Assembly (NCBI GenBank): GCA_051003195.1
Contig: JBPCLP010000013.1
Coordinates: 88,366-152,365 of the forward strand
Length of the DNA stretch: 64,000 nt
DNA from: Candidatus Sumerlaeaceae bacterium
GTDB taxonomy: Bacteria > Sumerlaeota > Sumerlaeia > Sumerlaeales > Sumerlaeaceae
Direction of reading: 5' to 3'
How positions within the stretch are numbered: the first letter of the stretch is position 1; each line of letters begins with the position of its first letter. This document shows positions 40,369-50,893 of this stretch, piece by piece. Position numbers and translations under genes: made by a program. The notes beneath the pieces were generated by a model. It had not been told where the DNA came from. It did not search any database and was given only the letters and a program-made list of their open reading frames with translations.

Positions 40369-41634
40369 ATGCAGCCCCAGGATTCCCAAGTGCGTGGTGG
40401 AGGCGCACTACCGTCCTATTTCCCGCAGCTCGACGCGTTGCGGGCGCTGGCGCTTGGGCTGGTAATCATGAATCACTGGCTGACGTTTCCCTTTACCGGC
40501 AACTGGCTCGTGGATGTGGCGCTGGGCGTTTCGCGCATGGGGTGGATTGGTGTGGACCTGTTCTTCGTGATCTCGGGGTTCCTGATCACGGGCATCCTGC
40601 TCGACACGCGCGATTCGCCCCGGTATTTTCAAAACTTTTACGCCCGGCGCGCGCTGAGAATTATTCCGCTCTACTATCTCGTGCTGACGCTGCTGATTTT
40701 TGTGATGCCGCAAGTGGCGGCGGTGCGCGATCTTCCGAACTACGATGGCCCCGCGTCGGCAGCGTGGTGGCATTTCGCATTTCTTACGAACATCGCGGAA
40801 GGAATGGGGTTTTCGAATTCGCGGGTGCTGGTGCCGTTCTGGTCGCTCGCGGTCGAAGAACATTTCTACCTGCTCTGGCCGCTGGTTGTACATCGATTTG
40901 GAGGGAACCTGGCGAAGATATGCGCGTGGGGGATCGTGAGTTCGTGTCTGAGTCGTGTCGTGCTACTTCATGTTCTTGGCGGAAACGAGCGGGTGATTGG
41001 TTTTCTGACGCCGTGCCGGGTGGACGGTCTGCTGGCGGGATCGCTCATTGCGGTGCTTGCACGGCGCGGGCCTGCGGTGATCGCGCAAATGGTGCGGTGG
41101 TCACGCGTGCTTGCGCCTGTCGGGCTGGCGGCGATTCCTACGTGCCTGTACCTGCAGGAGGCGCAGGGCCGCTATCACCTGTATAGCAGCGGGCAGCATC
41201 CGTGGGTGGTCTCGCTTGGCTTTTTGTTCTTCGCGCTGTTCTTTTCGTGCGTGCTGATCCTGTGCGTGTTTGGAAACGCTGCCGCACGCCTGGCGACGTG
41301 GAGAGCAGCGAACCAGTTTGGCAAGATCACCTATTGCGCGTACCTGGTGCATGAGCCCGTCCACATCCTGGTGGCGGGCCCACTGATGGTGGCCGGGTTT
41401 GTGGGAGCCATGGTGTTCTCGTGGCAATGGATGACGGTGACTGCCGCGTCTTTTGGAATTACACTCGCAGTATCGATATTGAGCTGGCGGTTTTTCGAGG
41501 GTCCGATTCTGTCGCTAAAGCGGCATTTTCAAACGGGCAGGACGATGCGCAGCGGTGGCAGCGAAGAGGATCTCAGCGAGCCAGTATCGGGTTTTGTGAG
41601 CGAAGTTCGTCCCGGTCAAAGAGCAAATCTATAA
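40369..41634 (+). CDS. Acyltransferase family 3 (OafA-like)
   Basis: LDALRALA, GVDLFFVISGFLIT, FYARRALRI, WSLAVEEHFY and YLVH. Confidence 0.93.
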   Translation: MQPQDSQVRGGGALPSYFPQLDALRALALGLVIMNHWLTFPFTGNWLVDVALGVSRMGWIGVDLFFVISGFLITGILLDTRDSPRYFQNFYARRALRIIPLYYLVLTLLIFVMPQVAAVRDLPNYDGPASAAWWHFAFLTNIAEGMGFSNSRVLVPFWSLAVEEHFYLLWPLVVHRFGGNLAKICAWGIVSSCLSRVVLLHVLGGNERVIGFLTPCRVDGLLAGSLIAVLARRGPAVIAQMVRWSRVLAPVGLAAIPTCLYLQEAQGRYHLYSSGQHPWVVSLGFLFFALFFSCVLILCVFGNAAARLATWRAANQFGKITYCAYLVHEPVHILVAGPLMVAGFVGAMVFSWQWMTVTAASFGITLAVSILSWRFFEGPILSLKRHFQTGRTMRSGGSEEDLSEPVSGFVSEVRPGQRANL

Positions 41635-41693
41635 ATGCTTTACATGAAACGGCGGCAAAGCCGGTATATATATTGTCTTACCCCCGCACGTAT

Positions 41694-43529
41694 ATGATCC
41701 AGACCCTCATTACTCGCATGCGCTTGGCCGTGGTGCTGACTATGTCAGCAGGCACGGCGGTTTCACAGAGCAATCCCGGCTGTGATATCGGCCAGGAAAC
41801 GGCCTTCACCGAACCAGTGCCGGCAGAACTTGTGGCGTACCCGAAAACGATTACGCTCCAGTCGGTGACCAGTGGCCCTGCTTTGCGTGCGCCGAATTAT
41901 GCATGGGTGGCCAGCACGCGCGCGCAGATGACGCTGGATGAGAAGATCGGCCAGATGCTGATGCCCGGCTATAGCTCGGGAAGCGCCAATGGAAATGTCA
42001 GCACGTACAAGGTGGGCGGTTTTATTTTCCAGGGAAATGGCAATACGGCGTCGGCGATCCTGGCGGCGACGAACTCGCTGCAGGGCATCACGTCGGTGCC
42101 GCTGATGTTTTCGGTGGATTGCGAGGCGGGGCTGGGCGCGCGCGTTGTGGATGCGACTCGCTTCCCGCTTAACATGGGATGCGCGGCAGCGCACAACACA
42201 GCACTGGCACAGCAGCAGGGAGGTGTGACGGCGCGCGAATGCAGATCGGTGGGAATCCAGATTGGATTCGGACCGGTGCTGGATGTGAACACCGAGCCGA
42301 TTAACCCGATTATCGGTATTCGGTCTTATGGCGACAAGCCGTCGCTGGTGAGCCAGATGGCCGGCGCCTACGTTGCGGGAGCCAACGCTGAAGGACTACT
42401 GGTAACGTACAAACATTTTCCAGGTCACGGGGCAACCATAGGAGACAGCCACAATCAATTCCAGGTTGTCGATATTCCCAATAGTGAACTGCAGAGTGTG
42501 CACGTTGCTCCGTACGCGACGCTGATCGGCCAGGGCACAGGCGATCTCGTAATGTCGGCGCACGTGTGGTACCCACAGCTGGATCCATTGAATGCGAATG
42601 GGGATGCGCTGCCTGCGACGCTGTCGATAAACGCGATCAAAGGTATTTTGCATGACCAGCTTCAGTTCAAGGGGACGATGATTTCGGACTCCTTTGCCAT
42701 GGCAGGGCTGATGGAAATCACAAACACGTACGACGGTGTGACGAGTGGAGTTCTTTCGGGGCTGGACATTATTTTGACGCCGAATAGTATGGCGAATGCC
42801 TTCAATGGACTGAAAGATGCTGTGATTGCGAACAAGATTCCATTGTCGCGAATCGATGATGCCGTGAGCCGGATTCTCGTGCTGAAAAGTCGCGCAGGCA
42901 TGCCGGAGACGACGACTGTTTCGGCGACCGCGATGCCCACCATCATGGGCCATGCCGACAACATGGCGGTGGCGACGGATATTGGAAAGCGCGCGATCGT
43001 CAAGGCGCGGGTGCAATCGGTCGATGTGCCGCTGACCTCTTCCCAAAGTGTCCTGATCTTTAACCTGGCGAGCCGAACGGGTGGCATTTTCTACACGGGT
43101 AGCTACGGCAGCAGCTACTTTAATAGTGCGCTGCAGTCGTACATTCCCGGCGCAGTGACGCAGATCGTCAGCAACGGGACATTAAGCACCACGACCATAA
43201 ACAACTTTGTGACGCAGGCGCAGGGCTACAACCGGGTTGTAGTGACAAGCCACGAGTGGACACCCGCGAACACCGCGAGCCAGATTACGCTGGTGTCGCA
43301 GTTGCTGCAGAACAACATCCGTTTTATCTACTGCGACTTTGGCAGCCCCTACCAGATCAGCCAGTGGAGCAACCTGAAGAACTTCTTCTGCGGATTCTCC
43401 ACGTTGCCTGCAACCCAACAGGAGATGGCGCGGGTACTGGTGGGGCTATCCTCGACGCAAGGGGACTGGCCGGTGACTATCGCGGGTGTGGCTGAAACGA
43501 CAGGCGTTGGTGACTGGGCAATGTACTAA
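41694..43529 (+). CDS. Secreted GH3 beta-N-acetylglucosaminidase (NagZ-like) with C-terminal WxxY motif
   Basis: MTLDEKIGQ, PVLDVN, IRSYG and KHFPGHGATIGDSH; ends TGVGDWAMY. Confidence 0.9.
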   Translation: MIQTLITRMRLAVVLTMSAGTAVSQSNPGCDIGQETAFTEPVPAELVAYPKTITLQSVTSGPALRAPNYAWVASTRAQMTLDEKIGQMLMPGYSSGSANGNVSTYKVGGFIFQGNGNTASAILAATNSLQGITSVPLMFSVDCEAGLGARVVDATRFPLNMGCAAAHNTALAQQQGGVTARECRSVGIQIGFGPVLDVNTEPINPIIGIRSYGDKPSLVSQMAGAYVAGANAEGLLVTYKHFPGHGATIGDSHNQFQVVDIPNSELQSVHVAPYATLIGQGTGDLVMSAHVWYPQLDPLNANGDALPATLSINAIKGILHDQLQFKGTMISDSFAMAGLMEITNTYDGVTSGVLSGLDIILTPNSMANAFNGLKDAVIANKIPLSRIDDAVSRILVLKSRAGMPETTTVSATAMPTIMGHADNMAVATDIGKRAIVKARVQSVDVPLTSSQSVLIFNLASRTGGIFYTGSYGSSYFNSALQSYIPGAVTQIVSNGTLSTTTINNFVTQAQGYNRVVVTSHEWTPANTASQITLVSQLLQNNIRFIYCDFGSPYQISQWSNLKNFFCGFSTLPATQQEMARVLVGLSSTQGDWPVTIAGVAETTGVGDWAMY

Positions 43530-43569
43530 TGACGGGCGTAGAGGCCTGGAGGCGCAATAAAGGATCGGC

Positions 43570-44583
43570 TTAGAAGGACTGAAGCCTGCGCATGAAGTCG
43601 GCGGCGGCGAGCGGCTCACTGATCAGGCCGAGCGGCTTGCCGGAGTTTTCATAAACAGCGAGCGTGCCAGCGCGGACGCCGCCCAGCTTTTTAGCCACCT
43701 CGGGCTGTTTGTGCATGTCTATCCTCACAGGCACAAATGCAGTATCGAGGAATGCCTGCACGGCAGGATCCGTAAACAACTGCTTTTCGTAGTAATCGAG
43801 GAACGCATCGTCCGAAAAGAAATACAGAAGTATTTTCTTTTTCCCGGATTTCGCGTCGCGCCATGCGGCAGCGATGTCGGGATTCCACTTGAGTGGTTTG
43901 CCTGCAATGATAGTTGGCGGTTCGGATCCGGGCCATGGCGGCGGTGCCTGTGAGGACATGGCAACTCCGCGGTCTGTCAAAGGTTTCTCAGAAAAACGTA
44001 TAGCGTCCGCGTATGCCTGTCCGTACCAATTAGGTTCGAGCAGTTTCACGTCCGGCTCGACGTGCAGTTCAACAAACTGATCTTCGCCAGCGTCAAAATC
44101 GTAATCGCCGAGGTCGATCCACGTCCCGGCATTACAATCCTTATCACTTCCGCCCCAGCCATTCTGCGTCAGCTTGCGAGTGGTGGTATCGCCGCCGGCG
44201 TATTTAATCACGTAGCGCACGGGAGTTGCGTTTGCGCCTCGTGGCCACGTAGCATATACATGGTAATGTCCGGGGGTTGGGAATCGGGGAGAAAAACGTG
44301 CGATTGCAGGACCGCTGGTAACGATGTTGGGACCGCAGAACACGGTTTTTCTGCTACTGCATGCGCCTGGCGGAGTGAGCCCGGGCGCGGTGCTCTTAGC
44401 AACTTGTGGCGGGATGCGGCTGTCCATCCACTTGCCCGCAAGCTCACGGTATTGCGAAGTGTTTTTCCCCTCGCGGCCGGCTTCAATAATGAGATCCTGG
44501 GAATATCCGGCGGCTGCAACTGCGCCGAGCGCCAGTGCGAGAAAGGCGGTACTTCTGCGGGTCACAACATCGGGTGCTTGCAT
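43570..44583 (-). CDS. Secreted golvesin/CBM-like domain plus Cys-less thioredoxin-like domain
   Basis: AKSTAPGL, GHYHVYATWP, WIDLGDYDF, YADAIRF and WNPDIAAAWRDAKSGKKKILLYF; paralogue of 20860-22674. Confidence 0.75.
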   Translation of the reverse strand: MQAPDVVTRRSTAFLALALGAVAAAGYSQDLIIEAGREGKNTSQYRELAGKWMDSRIPPQVAKSTAPGLTPPGACSSRKTVFCGPNIVTSGPAIARFSPRFPTPGHYHVYATWPRGANATPVRYVIKYAGGDTTTRKLTQNGWGGSDKDCNAGTWIDLGDYDFDAGEDQFVELHVEPDVKLLEPNWYGQAYADAIRFSEKPLTDRGVAMSSQAPPPWPGSEPPTIIAGKPLKWNPDIAAAWRDAKSGKKKILLYFFSDDAFLDYYEKQLFTDPAVQAFLDTAFVPVRIDMHKQPEVAKKLGGVRAGTLAVYENSGKPLGLISEPLAAADFMRRLQSF

Positions 44584-44658
44584 AACGCGGAGCTCCACTG
44601 GAAGGGTTGCGTACAGAAAAGTTCGGGACGTTCTGGAGGCGGGGAAGATAAAGGTCAA

Positions 44659-44754
44659 CAGGTGAGGTGTCCCATTATTTCGTTCACTGGTTTTGTGTGG
44701 CGTGCGAGCTCAAAAGCTTACTGAAGTAGCTATGCTTCTGGGACGGCACACTAA
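44659..44754 (+). mobile_element. Miniature element with IS630-like ends, copy A (subtype gamma)
   Basis: Left end CAGGTGAGGTGTCCCATTATTTCG, right end CTTCTGGGACGGCACACTAA; interior matches copy I. Confidence 0.75.
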
Positions 44755-44955
44755 TGAGAAGGTGAATTGGGTACAAAGTGCGTCAAGAGGCGTCAATGCG
44801 GCTCGGTTGACGCGAATGAATTTTCGGGTCAAAAGAAGTTGTATGGAGCGGAGTAGAAGCTTGTAGGGTTGCCTGGCACTTGAGTTGCCTTGCCGGGTGC
44901 CAGCCTGGCAGTGAATAGATGTTATGCAAGGGCAGGAGACGCGCTTTTGAATCAG

Positions 44956-46257
44956 ATGAGTTGGATTAGTGGAAATTTGTACTACGCGGCCGTGGTTTGC
45001 GGCTGTTTGTATGCGGTGCCTGTAGCGGCTCAGTATACGTCTAATTATCAGACCAACGGATATGCTTCCGCAAATCCGGGTTACGCACCGCAGTCGTACA
45101 CATTCGGCGTGCAGGGCGGTACGTCATCGTATCATTATGGAGCACGGCCTGCTGCACAGGTTCCGAACAGCTCGCCGTACGGAACCGGGAATTATGCGGC
45201 AGCAGGGTACGCGCCACAGACCGCGAACGCCGCGAGCGGCTATGGAAATACTCCGACTGATACGCGCGGTGTTCCGGTCCGTTATGAACAATACATTCCG
45301 CCCACCGAGCGTCCGGGCAGGGCTGCTGCACGAACGGTAGCAGCGAGGAGCGCAGGAATTTCGGGGCTGACGCGACCCGTGAATTTTCCGCGGGATGCGG
45401 GCGATGACGTCGACGTGTTAAAGCTTCAAATATTCCTGGACTACCATGGCTACTCGGTCGGCGAAATTGACGGGCAGTGGGGCTACAACACCGAGCGCGC
45501 GCTTTTCGTTTACCAGAAGAACAATGGTATGCCGGCGACTGGACAGCTGGACGATCGAATGATGCAGCGCCTGAACAGCTTCACGGATGGCTACCTGCTC
45601 GAATACACGCTGGGTCCGGAGGATGTGAAGGGTCCGTTCTACCAGATTCCCCGTACTTATCCCGAGCAGGAGAAAATGAAATTCCTGCCCTATGAAACAC
45701 AGATCGAGGCGCTGGGGGAGAAGTTCCATTGCTCGCAGAGTCTGCTGCGGAAGCTGAACCCCGGAGTCGACTTCGAGAATGTACGCGCGGGACAGACGAT
45801 TTATGGCCTGAATACCATCGAGGGCATCGACGACAAGCGCGGCAACGTCGCGAAGATTCGAATTTCGAAATCGAACAAGTGGATCGAGGCTTTTGATTCC
45901 GAGGGACGGTTCATGTTCTATTATCCGTCGACGCTTGGTTCAGAACATGACGACCTAAAGACGGGTGCTTACAAGGTGGCTGACAAGCCGATCTATAATC
46001 CGCCATTTACGTATAAGCCGAACCTGATGTGGGATGATGAGGTTGGGCGGGAGTGCCACATTCCTCCGGGTCCGAACAGTCCCGTTGGGGTTGTGTGGAT
46101 CATGACGAGCAAATCAAGTGTCGGAATTCATGGCACGCCAAACCCTGAGAACATCAGCAAGAACTTCAGCCATGGCTGTATCCGCACGTGTAACTGGGAC
46201 GCAAAGCAGTTGGCCAAGCGTGTGGATGCAGGAACACCAATCGAAGTCATTCCCTGA
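44956..46257 (+). CDS. L,D-transpeptidase with peptidoglycan-binding domain
   Basis: LQIFLD...IDGQWG...TGQLD peptidoglycan-binding domain, PPGPNSPVG and GIHGT...SHGCIR. Confidence 0.92.
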   Translation: MSWISGNLYYAAVVCGCLYAVPVAAQYTSNYQTNGYASANPGYAPQSYTFGVQGGTSSYHYGARPAAQVPNSSPYGTGNYAAAGYAPQTANAASGYGNTPTDTRGVPVRYEQYIPPTERPGRAAARTVAARSAGISGLTRPVNFPRDAGDDVDVLKLQIFLDYHGYSVGEIDGQWGYNTERALFVYQKNNGMPATGQLDDRMMQRLNSFTDGYLLEYTLGPEDVKGPFYQIPRTYPEQEKMKFLPYETQIEALGEKFHCSQSLLRKLNPGVDFENVRAGQTIYGLNTIEGIDDKRGNVAKIRISKSNKWIEAFDSEGRFMFYYPSTLGSEHDDLKTGAYKVADKPIYNPPFTYKPNLMWDDEVGRECHIPPGPNSPVGVVWIMTSKSSVGIHGTPNPENISKNFSHGCIRTCNWDAKQLAKRVDAGTPIEVIP

Positions 46258-46267
46258 GCGCACCGGC

Positions 46268-47143
46268 GTGAAGAAGTTCACCATCGGCTGCATCCAGATG
46301 TCCTGCTCTGAGGACACGCAGGAAAACCTCGACAAGGCATGCGCGAAAGTCGTGGAAGCCGCAGCGGGCGGCGCGCAGGTTATCTGCCTGCCGGAACTGT
46401 TTCGTTCACAGTACTTCTGCCAGAAAGAAGATGCTGCGATTTTCGACCTGGCGGAATCCATCCCGGGATCGAGCACAGAGGCCTTGGGCAAAATTGCCAG
46501 GGACAAAAACGTGACGGTGCTGGCATCGCTGTTTGAGCGGCGGATGGCGGGTGTCTATCACAACACGCTTGTGGTGATCGGGAAAGACGGCGCTATTATG
46601 GGGCTGTACCGGAAGATGCACATTCCCGACGACCCGCTCTATTACGAGAAGTACTACTTTACGCCGGGGGACCTCGGCTTTAAAACATTCGATACCGCAG
46701 ACGCAAAAGTGGGTACGCTGGTTTGCTGGGACCAGTGGTATCCCGAGGCCGCGCGCATTACTGCGTTGCAGGGAGCCCATGTGCTTTTCTATCCCACGGC
46801 GATCGGGTGGCACCCGGCGGAAAAGAATGAATATGGTCCGCGCCAGCATGATGCGTGGCGGACGATTCAGCGGAGCCATGCCATTGCGAACGGCGTGTAT
46901 GTTGCGGCGGTGAACCGCGTTGGCCATGAGGGCGCGAAGGATGGCGGGATCGAGTTCTGGGGCAGCTCGTTTATCGCGGATCCGTTCGGAGTTGTCCTGG
47001 CGCAGGCGTCCGAAAAAGCGGAAGAGATTTTATACGCGGAGTGCGACCCCCGGTTGCAGGAGGAGACGCGGCGAAACTGGCCGTTTCTTCGTGACCGCCG
47101 TATCGATGCGTATGCACCCGTGACCCAGCGGCTGTTGGATTAA
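46268..47143 (+). CDS. Carbon-nitrogen hydrolase (N-carbamoylputrescine amidase-like)
   Basis: CLPELF, YRKMHIPDDP..YEK, VCWDQWYPE and WPFLRDRR. Confidence 0.92.
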   Translation: MKKFTIGCIQMSCSEDTQENLDKACAKVVEAAAGGAQVICLPELFRSQYFCQKEDAAIFDLAESIPGSSTEALGKIARDKNVTVLASLFERRMAGVYHNTLVVIGKDGAIMGLYRKMHIPDDPLYYEKYYFTPGDLGFKTFDTADAKVGTLVCWDQWYPEAARITALQGAHVLFYPTAIGWHPAEKNEYGPRQHDAWRTIQRSHAIANGVYVAAVNRVGHEGAKDGGIEFWGSSFIADPFGVVLAQASEKAEEILYAECDPRLQEETRRNWPFLRDRRIDAYAPVTQRLLD

Positions 47144-47216
47144 CAACCGCAAGTCGCGAAGTGCTTCTTCCGGGCAGCCGGCGCACACGACAGCAGCTGA
47201 GGCCGTCGTTCACGTT

Positions 47217-47316
47217 TTAGTGTGGGCTGCCGTTAATTCGTATTCGGTTCTGTGTGCCGAACTGAGCTCATCTTCCGCGCTCAAACTGGATAGGAACTTC
47301 TGATTCGGCACACCAG
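47217..47316 (+). mobile_element. Miniature element copy B (alpha, 100 bp)
   Basis: TTAGTGTGGGCTGCCGTTAATTCG...GTGTGCCGAA...GAACTTCTGATTCGGCACACCAG. Confidence 0.85.
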
Positions 47317-47329
47317 GAGTGACCTTGCA

Positions 47330-48835
47330 TTGAGGTGGGGAAGTGCGTCTGGGGTGCAGCGCCTGCTTGTAGTGGCAATGTGTGCGGTACTGCTACCCAC
47401 CCTCTGGCACATGGGATGTACTCTTGCACTGATCCCGATTCGCGTATCGAGTGGCTGGACCAATACCATTATGGAAGCGCAGCCAGTTTACGGTGCGCAC
47501 CGGGTGGCGAAGGGCTCGCCACTGTATGCTGCTCCGTGGCAAACAAACGGGTTCGCTCTTACGTATGGCGCGCTGACATATGAAGTGCCAGGACGACTGG
47601 CTAAATTGACTGGGCGAACGCAGTCGGTCTCCGCCGAATTTGTGCTGCGGGCCGGACGGCTTCAGAGCCTGGCAGCATTCCTGGTGTTGCTGGTAGTGAT
47701 TGCGACCGTGGCGAAACAGTACGCGGATAGCGTGAAGATCGCCGCAGTGGCGGTGTTGCCGGCGTTCTGGTTTCCATTTATCTCCGAGTGGTACAGCGAC
47801 TTTGTGCCTGATGCGCCGGCGCTTGCGTGCAGTGCAGCGGGATGGTTGCTAGCGCTGTTGGCCCGGCGTAGAATAATTTGGCTGGGATTTGCAGCCGGGA
47901 TATTGTGGTGCGGTGCGTTTTTTTACAAGCCGACGGCGCTGCTGGGGTTGGTGGGATACGCGGTGGCCGAGTTTCCTCGGCGCGGTGAGTCCGTGCAGCA
48001 GTGGCGGCGCTTTATCTCGCCGTTCGCAGTGTGTGGACTGGCGGTGCTGATAATGGGCGCAGTTGTTGAGGTGGGCACCGGTGGCCTGTGGTTGAACCAC
48101 ATGATTGGGTCGCAGGCGTTGTGCGACGTGCGCGTCGGGAATGTACTTGAAGCGCTGCAACAGGCGGGGATGGCCGGCAAAATTATGCTGGTGTGCATGG
48201 CGGCTGTTGCGGTGGCGAACATCGACTTTCCGCTGTTTCGCGCGTTTGTGGTGCTCGCGCTGCTGGAGACGGCAATGATGATGAAGCAGGGCAGTAACGT
48301 GCACTACCTGCTTGGATCGGTGCTTTTATGGGGAGTTGCGGTGGCCGCATCGTTATCGCGCTGGTACCAGGTGCAGAGCGGAGTTTATTATCGGCAGGCT
48401 GTAGTGATCGCAGGTTTAACAGGAATTTGTATCTGCCTTGTATGCCAGTGGCGCGCGGCGCGGGTGGTATTGTGGGAGGGAATCATTCCGACGTCCGAAG
48501 AAATCCAAGTGGTGGACCAGGGCATCGTGGCCCCGGGCGGAGTGCTTGCGGTCGAGCCGTATTATGGACTGACACGAAACACGTCGTTAGCGTTCGTGGA
48601 CAGTTTTCATGCTTCGTTGATGGAGCGGCAGGGGTATGTGCGCGTTGCGGATGCGCTGCAGCGGGGAGAATTTCAGTATGTGGTGGCGAATCGTTTCTGG
48701 CTTGAGCCTGCGGTCTACCAGGAGTCGATGGTTGTGCCGGAGCGTGCGCGGGAATCGCTGCTTCGTAATTACGTAATCGAGCGGCGCGGGATGTGGCTGG
48801 TGTTGTTTCGCGTGCGTGAAAATAGAAGGCTTTGA
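47330..48835 (+). CDS. Polytopic membrane protein, possible GT-C (ArnT/PMT-like) glycosyltransferase
   Basis: About ten TM segments; E-x-x-P-V-Y, PD, YKPT and NVHY motifs. Start uncertain. Confidence 0.6.
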   Translation: MRWGSASGVQRLLVVAMCAVLLPTLWHMGCTLALIPIRVSSGWTNTIMEAQPVYGAHRVAKGSPLYAAPWQTNGFALTYGALTYEVPGRLAKLTGRTQSVSAEFVLRAGRLQSLAAFLVLLVVIATVAKQYADSVKIAAVAVLPAFWFPFISEWYSDFVPDAPALACSAAGWLLALLARRRIIWLGFAAGILWCGAFFYKPTALLGLVGYAVAEFPRRGESVQQWRRFISPFAVCGLAVLIMGAVVEVGTGGLWLNHMIGSQALCDVRVGNVLEALQQAGMAGKIMLVCMAAVAVANIDFPLFRAFVVLALLETAMMMKQGSNVHYLLGSVLLWGVAVAASLSRWYQVQSGVYYRQAVVIAGLTGICICLVCQWRAARVVLWEGIIPTSEEIQVVDQGIVAPGGVLAVEPYYGLTRNTSLAFVDSFHASLMERQGYVRVADALQRGEFQYVVANRFWLEPAVYQESMVVPERARESLLRNYVIERRGMWLVLFRVRENRRL

Positions 48836-48841
48836 TTGCCC

Positions 48842-48941
48842 GTAGTGTGGACTACCGTTAGTTCGTAATCTGTTCTGTGTGCCGAATCGAGGTCAAATCT
48901 GCTCTTTGGTCTGGTAAGGAACTACGGATTCGGCACACCAG
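48842..48941 (+). mobile_element. Miniature element copy C (beta, 100 bp)
   Basis: GTAGTGTGGACTACCGTTAGTTCG...GTGTGCCGAATC...GATTCGGCACACCAG. Confidence 0.85.
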
Positions 48942-49000
48942 GTATTCTTGTCAGCGGACGTGGCTATTCACTGGCACCGCTCTTAGTGTAGCACGGGAAC

Positions 49001-49768
49001 TTAGACTTCGCCGAGGTAGAGCTTCTTGACCATTTCGTTGCTGAGAAGGTCAGCGCCGGAGCCGGTTAATGTCACTTCGCCGGTGGCGATTACGTAACCC
49101 CGATGTGCGATGCTCAAAGCCATGTGTGCATTCTGCTCGACCAGCAGGACCGTGACGCCCTGTTTGTTGATGTCCTGAATGATCGAAAAAATCTGGCTGA
49201 CGAGTTTTGGGCTGAGTCCAAGACTGGGTTCGTCCAAAAGCAGGATTTTAGGACGTGCCATGAGGCCGCGCGCAATTGCGCACATCTGCTGCTCGCCACC
49301 CGACAGACTTCCCGCGCGGGTTGCGCGGCGCTCTTTCAGAATCGGGAACAAGCCGTACATCCGCTCGACGTCGGAACGGATCGCCGGCGTGTCGCGACGA
49401 AGGAAGGCGCCCATTTCGAGATTCTCGAGCACCGTCATATCCGTGAAAAGCTTGCGCCCTTCTGGCACGTGGGCGATTCCAAGCGCCGCGATTTCGTGTG
49501 TAGGGACTTCTGTAATGTCCGTGTCGGCGAGACGAATACTACCTGCCCGGGCACGAACCACGCCGCAGATGGTGTTAAGGACGGTGGTCTTACCTGCTCC
49601 GTTGGAACCGATCAGTGTGACGATCTCGCGGGAGCCAACATCCAGCGACACATTTTTAAGAATCAGTAGATTCCCATAACCAGCTTCAACCCCGGAAATG
49701 CTGAGCAATGGAGCCATTTCCAGCGTGGCGGCTGCAGGGCCCTCGGTGCGTGGCGTTGCGCTGCTCAT
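49001..49768 (-). CDS. livF: Branched-chain amino acid ABC ATP-binding protein LivF
   Basis: GSNGAGKTT, VPEGR, LSGGEQQM, DEPSLGL and LVEQN. Confidence 0.92.
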   Translation of the reverse strand: MSSATPRTEGPAAATLEMAPLLSISGVEAGYGNLLILKNVSLDVGSREIVTLIGSNGAGKTTVLNTICGVVRARAGSIRLADTDITEVPTHEIAALGIAHVPEGRKLFTDMTVLENLEMGAFLRRDTPAIRSDVERMYGLFPILKERRATRAGSLSGGEQQMCAIARGLMARPKILLLDEPSLGLSPKLVSQIFSIIQDINKQGVTVLLVEQNAHMALSIAHRGYVIATGEVTLTGSGADLLSNEMVKKLYLGEV

Positions 49769-50619
49769 CCGGCCTCACGTCCAAGGTAAGCCTCAATGAC
49801 GTGCGGATTGCTTTGGATTTCAGAGGGCTTTCCTTCGGCAATAATCTCGCCATGGTCGATAACGTAAATGTGATCGGAAATTTTCATGACGACACGCATG
49901 TCGTGCTCGATGAGAAAGACGGTTATTCCCTGCCGCAGAATGCGCTGAATCAGTTCGAGCAGATCGCGGGACTCGGCGGGATTCATCCCGGCCGCGGGTT
50001 CATCCAGCAGCAGAAGGTGGGGTCGTGTTGCGAGGGCGCGAGCGATTTCGAGTTTGCGCTGGTGGCCATACGGCAGGCTGCCCGCTACTTCCTCTTCGAC
50101 GCCGACAAGGCCGCAGAACTGCAGGCACTTAAAAGCCGCGCATTCGATTTCGTTTTCCTCGCGGCGCGCACCGGGGGTATGCAAAATTGCGCCAATGGCA
50201 TTTGCATGGGTCCGTGGGTGGAAACCGATTTTCACGTTATCGAGTACAGTGAGGTTGCTGAAGAGACGGATATTCTGGAACGTGCGAGCGATGCCAAGAC
50301 GGCAAACCCGGTCGGGTTTAAGGCGCTGGATCTCGTGCTCGCCAGAAGTGGTGCGATAAACGATGCGGCCCTCGGTGGCAGGTATGGTGCCTGTGACCGC
50401 GTTGAACAGCGTTGTCTTTCCGGCGCCATTTGGCCCGATCAGGCTCGTGACCTGGCCGGGGAGAAGCTTGAGGTTAGCGGAACGCACAGCCGTGACGCCG
50501 CCGAAGCGTTTCGTGACGTTCTGAATGTCCAGAATCGGGAGCACGGCTGGTGTTTCGCGGGTTTGTTGGAGGCCATCGTCCTGCATAGACTCTAAAGCAG
50601 GCCGAGTCGTGAAAGGCAT
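49765..50619 (-). CDS. livG: Branched-chain amino acid ABC ATP-binding protein LivG
   Basis: GPNGAGKTT, ARTFQNIRLF, LPYG, DEPAAGMN and VIEAYLG. Confidence 0.92.
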   Translation of the reverse strand: MPFTTRPALESMQDDGLQQTRETPAVLPILDIQNVTKRFGGVTAVRSANLKLLPGQVTSLIGPNGAGKTTLFNAVTGTIPATEGRIVYRTTSGEHEIQRLKPDRVCRLGIARTFQNIRLFSNLTVLDNVKIGFHPRTHANAIGAILHTPGARREENEIECAAFKCLQFCGLVGVEEEVAGSLPYGHQRKLEIARALATRPHLLLLDEPAAGMNPAESRDLLELIQRILRQGITVFLIEHDMRVVMKISDHIYVIDHGEIIAEGKPSEIQSNPHVIEAYLGREAG

Positions 50620-50770
50620 TGAGAAGAAAAAAGTGAGCCGCGCCGGAGTTTAGTATTTGTGGGTTTGCGTGTTTATTAGAGTTACGGGGATGAATGAGGG
50701 GTTGGCACAGATCGTGTTCTTATAACATTCAGACGAAGCACGCCTTTCAACGTGATAGTGTGGTCTACCG

Positions 50771-50870
50771 ATAGTGTGGTCTACCGTTAGTTCGTAATCT
50801 GTTTTGTGTGCCGAATTGAGCTCATCTTCCGCGCTCAAACTGGATAGGAACTTCTGATTCGGCACACTAC
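50771..50870 (+). mobile_element. Miniature element copy D (alpha, 100 bp)
   Basis: ATAGTGTGGTCTACCGTTAGTTCG...GAACTTCTGATTCGGCACACTAC; its first 16 bp are duplicated at 50755-50770. Confidence 0.85.
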
Positions 50871-50893
50871 TGATTCGCTTATCTGGGAGTTGT

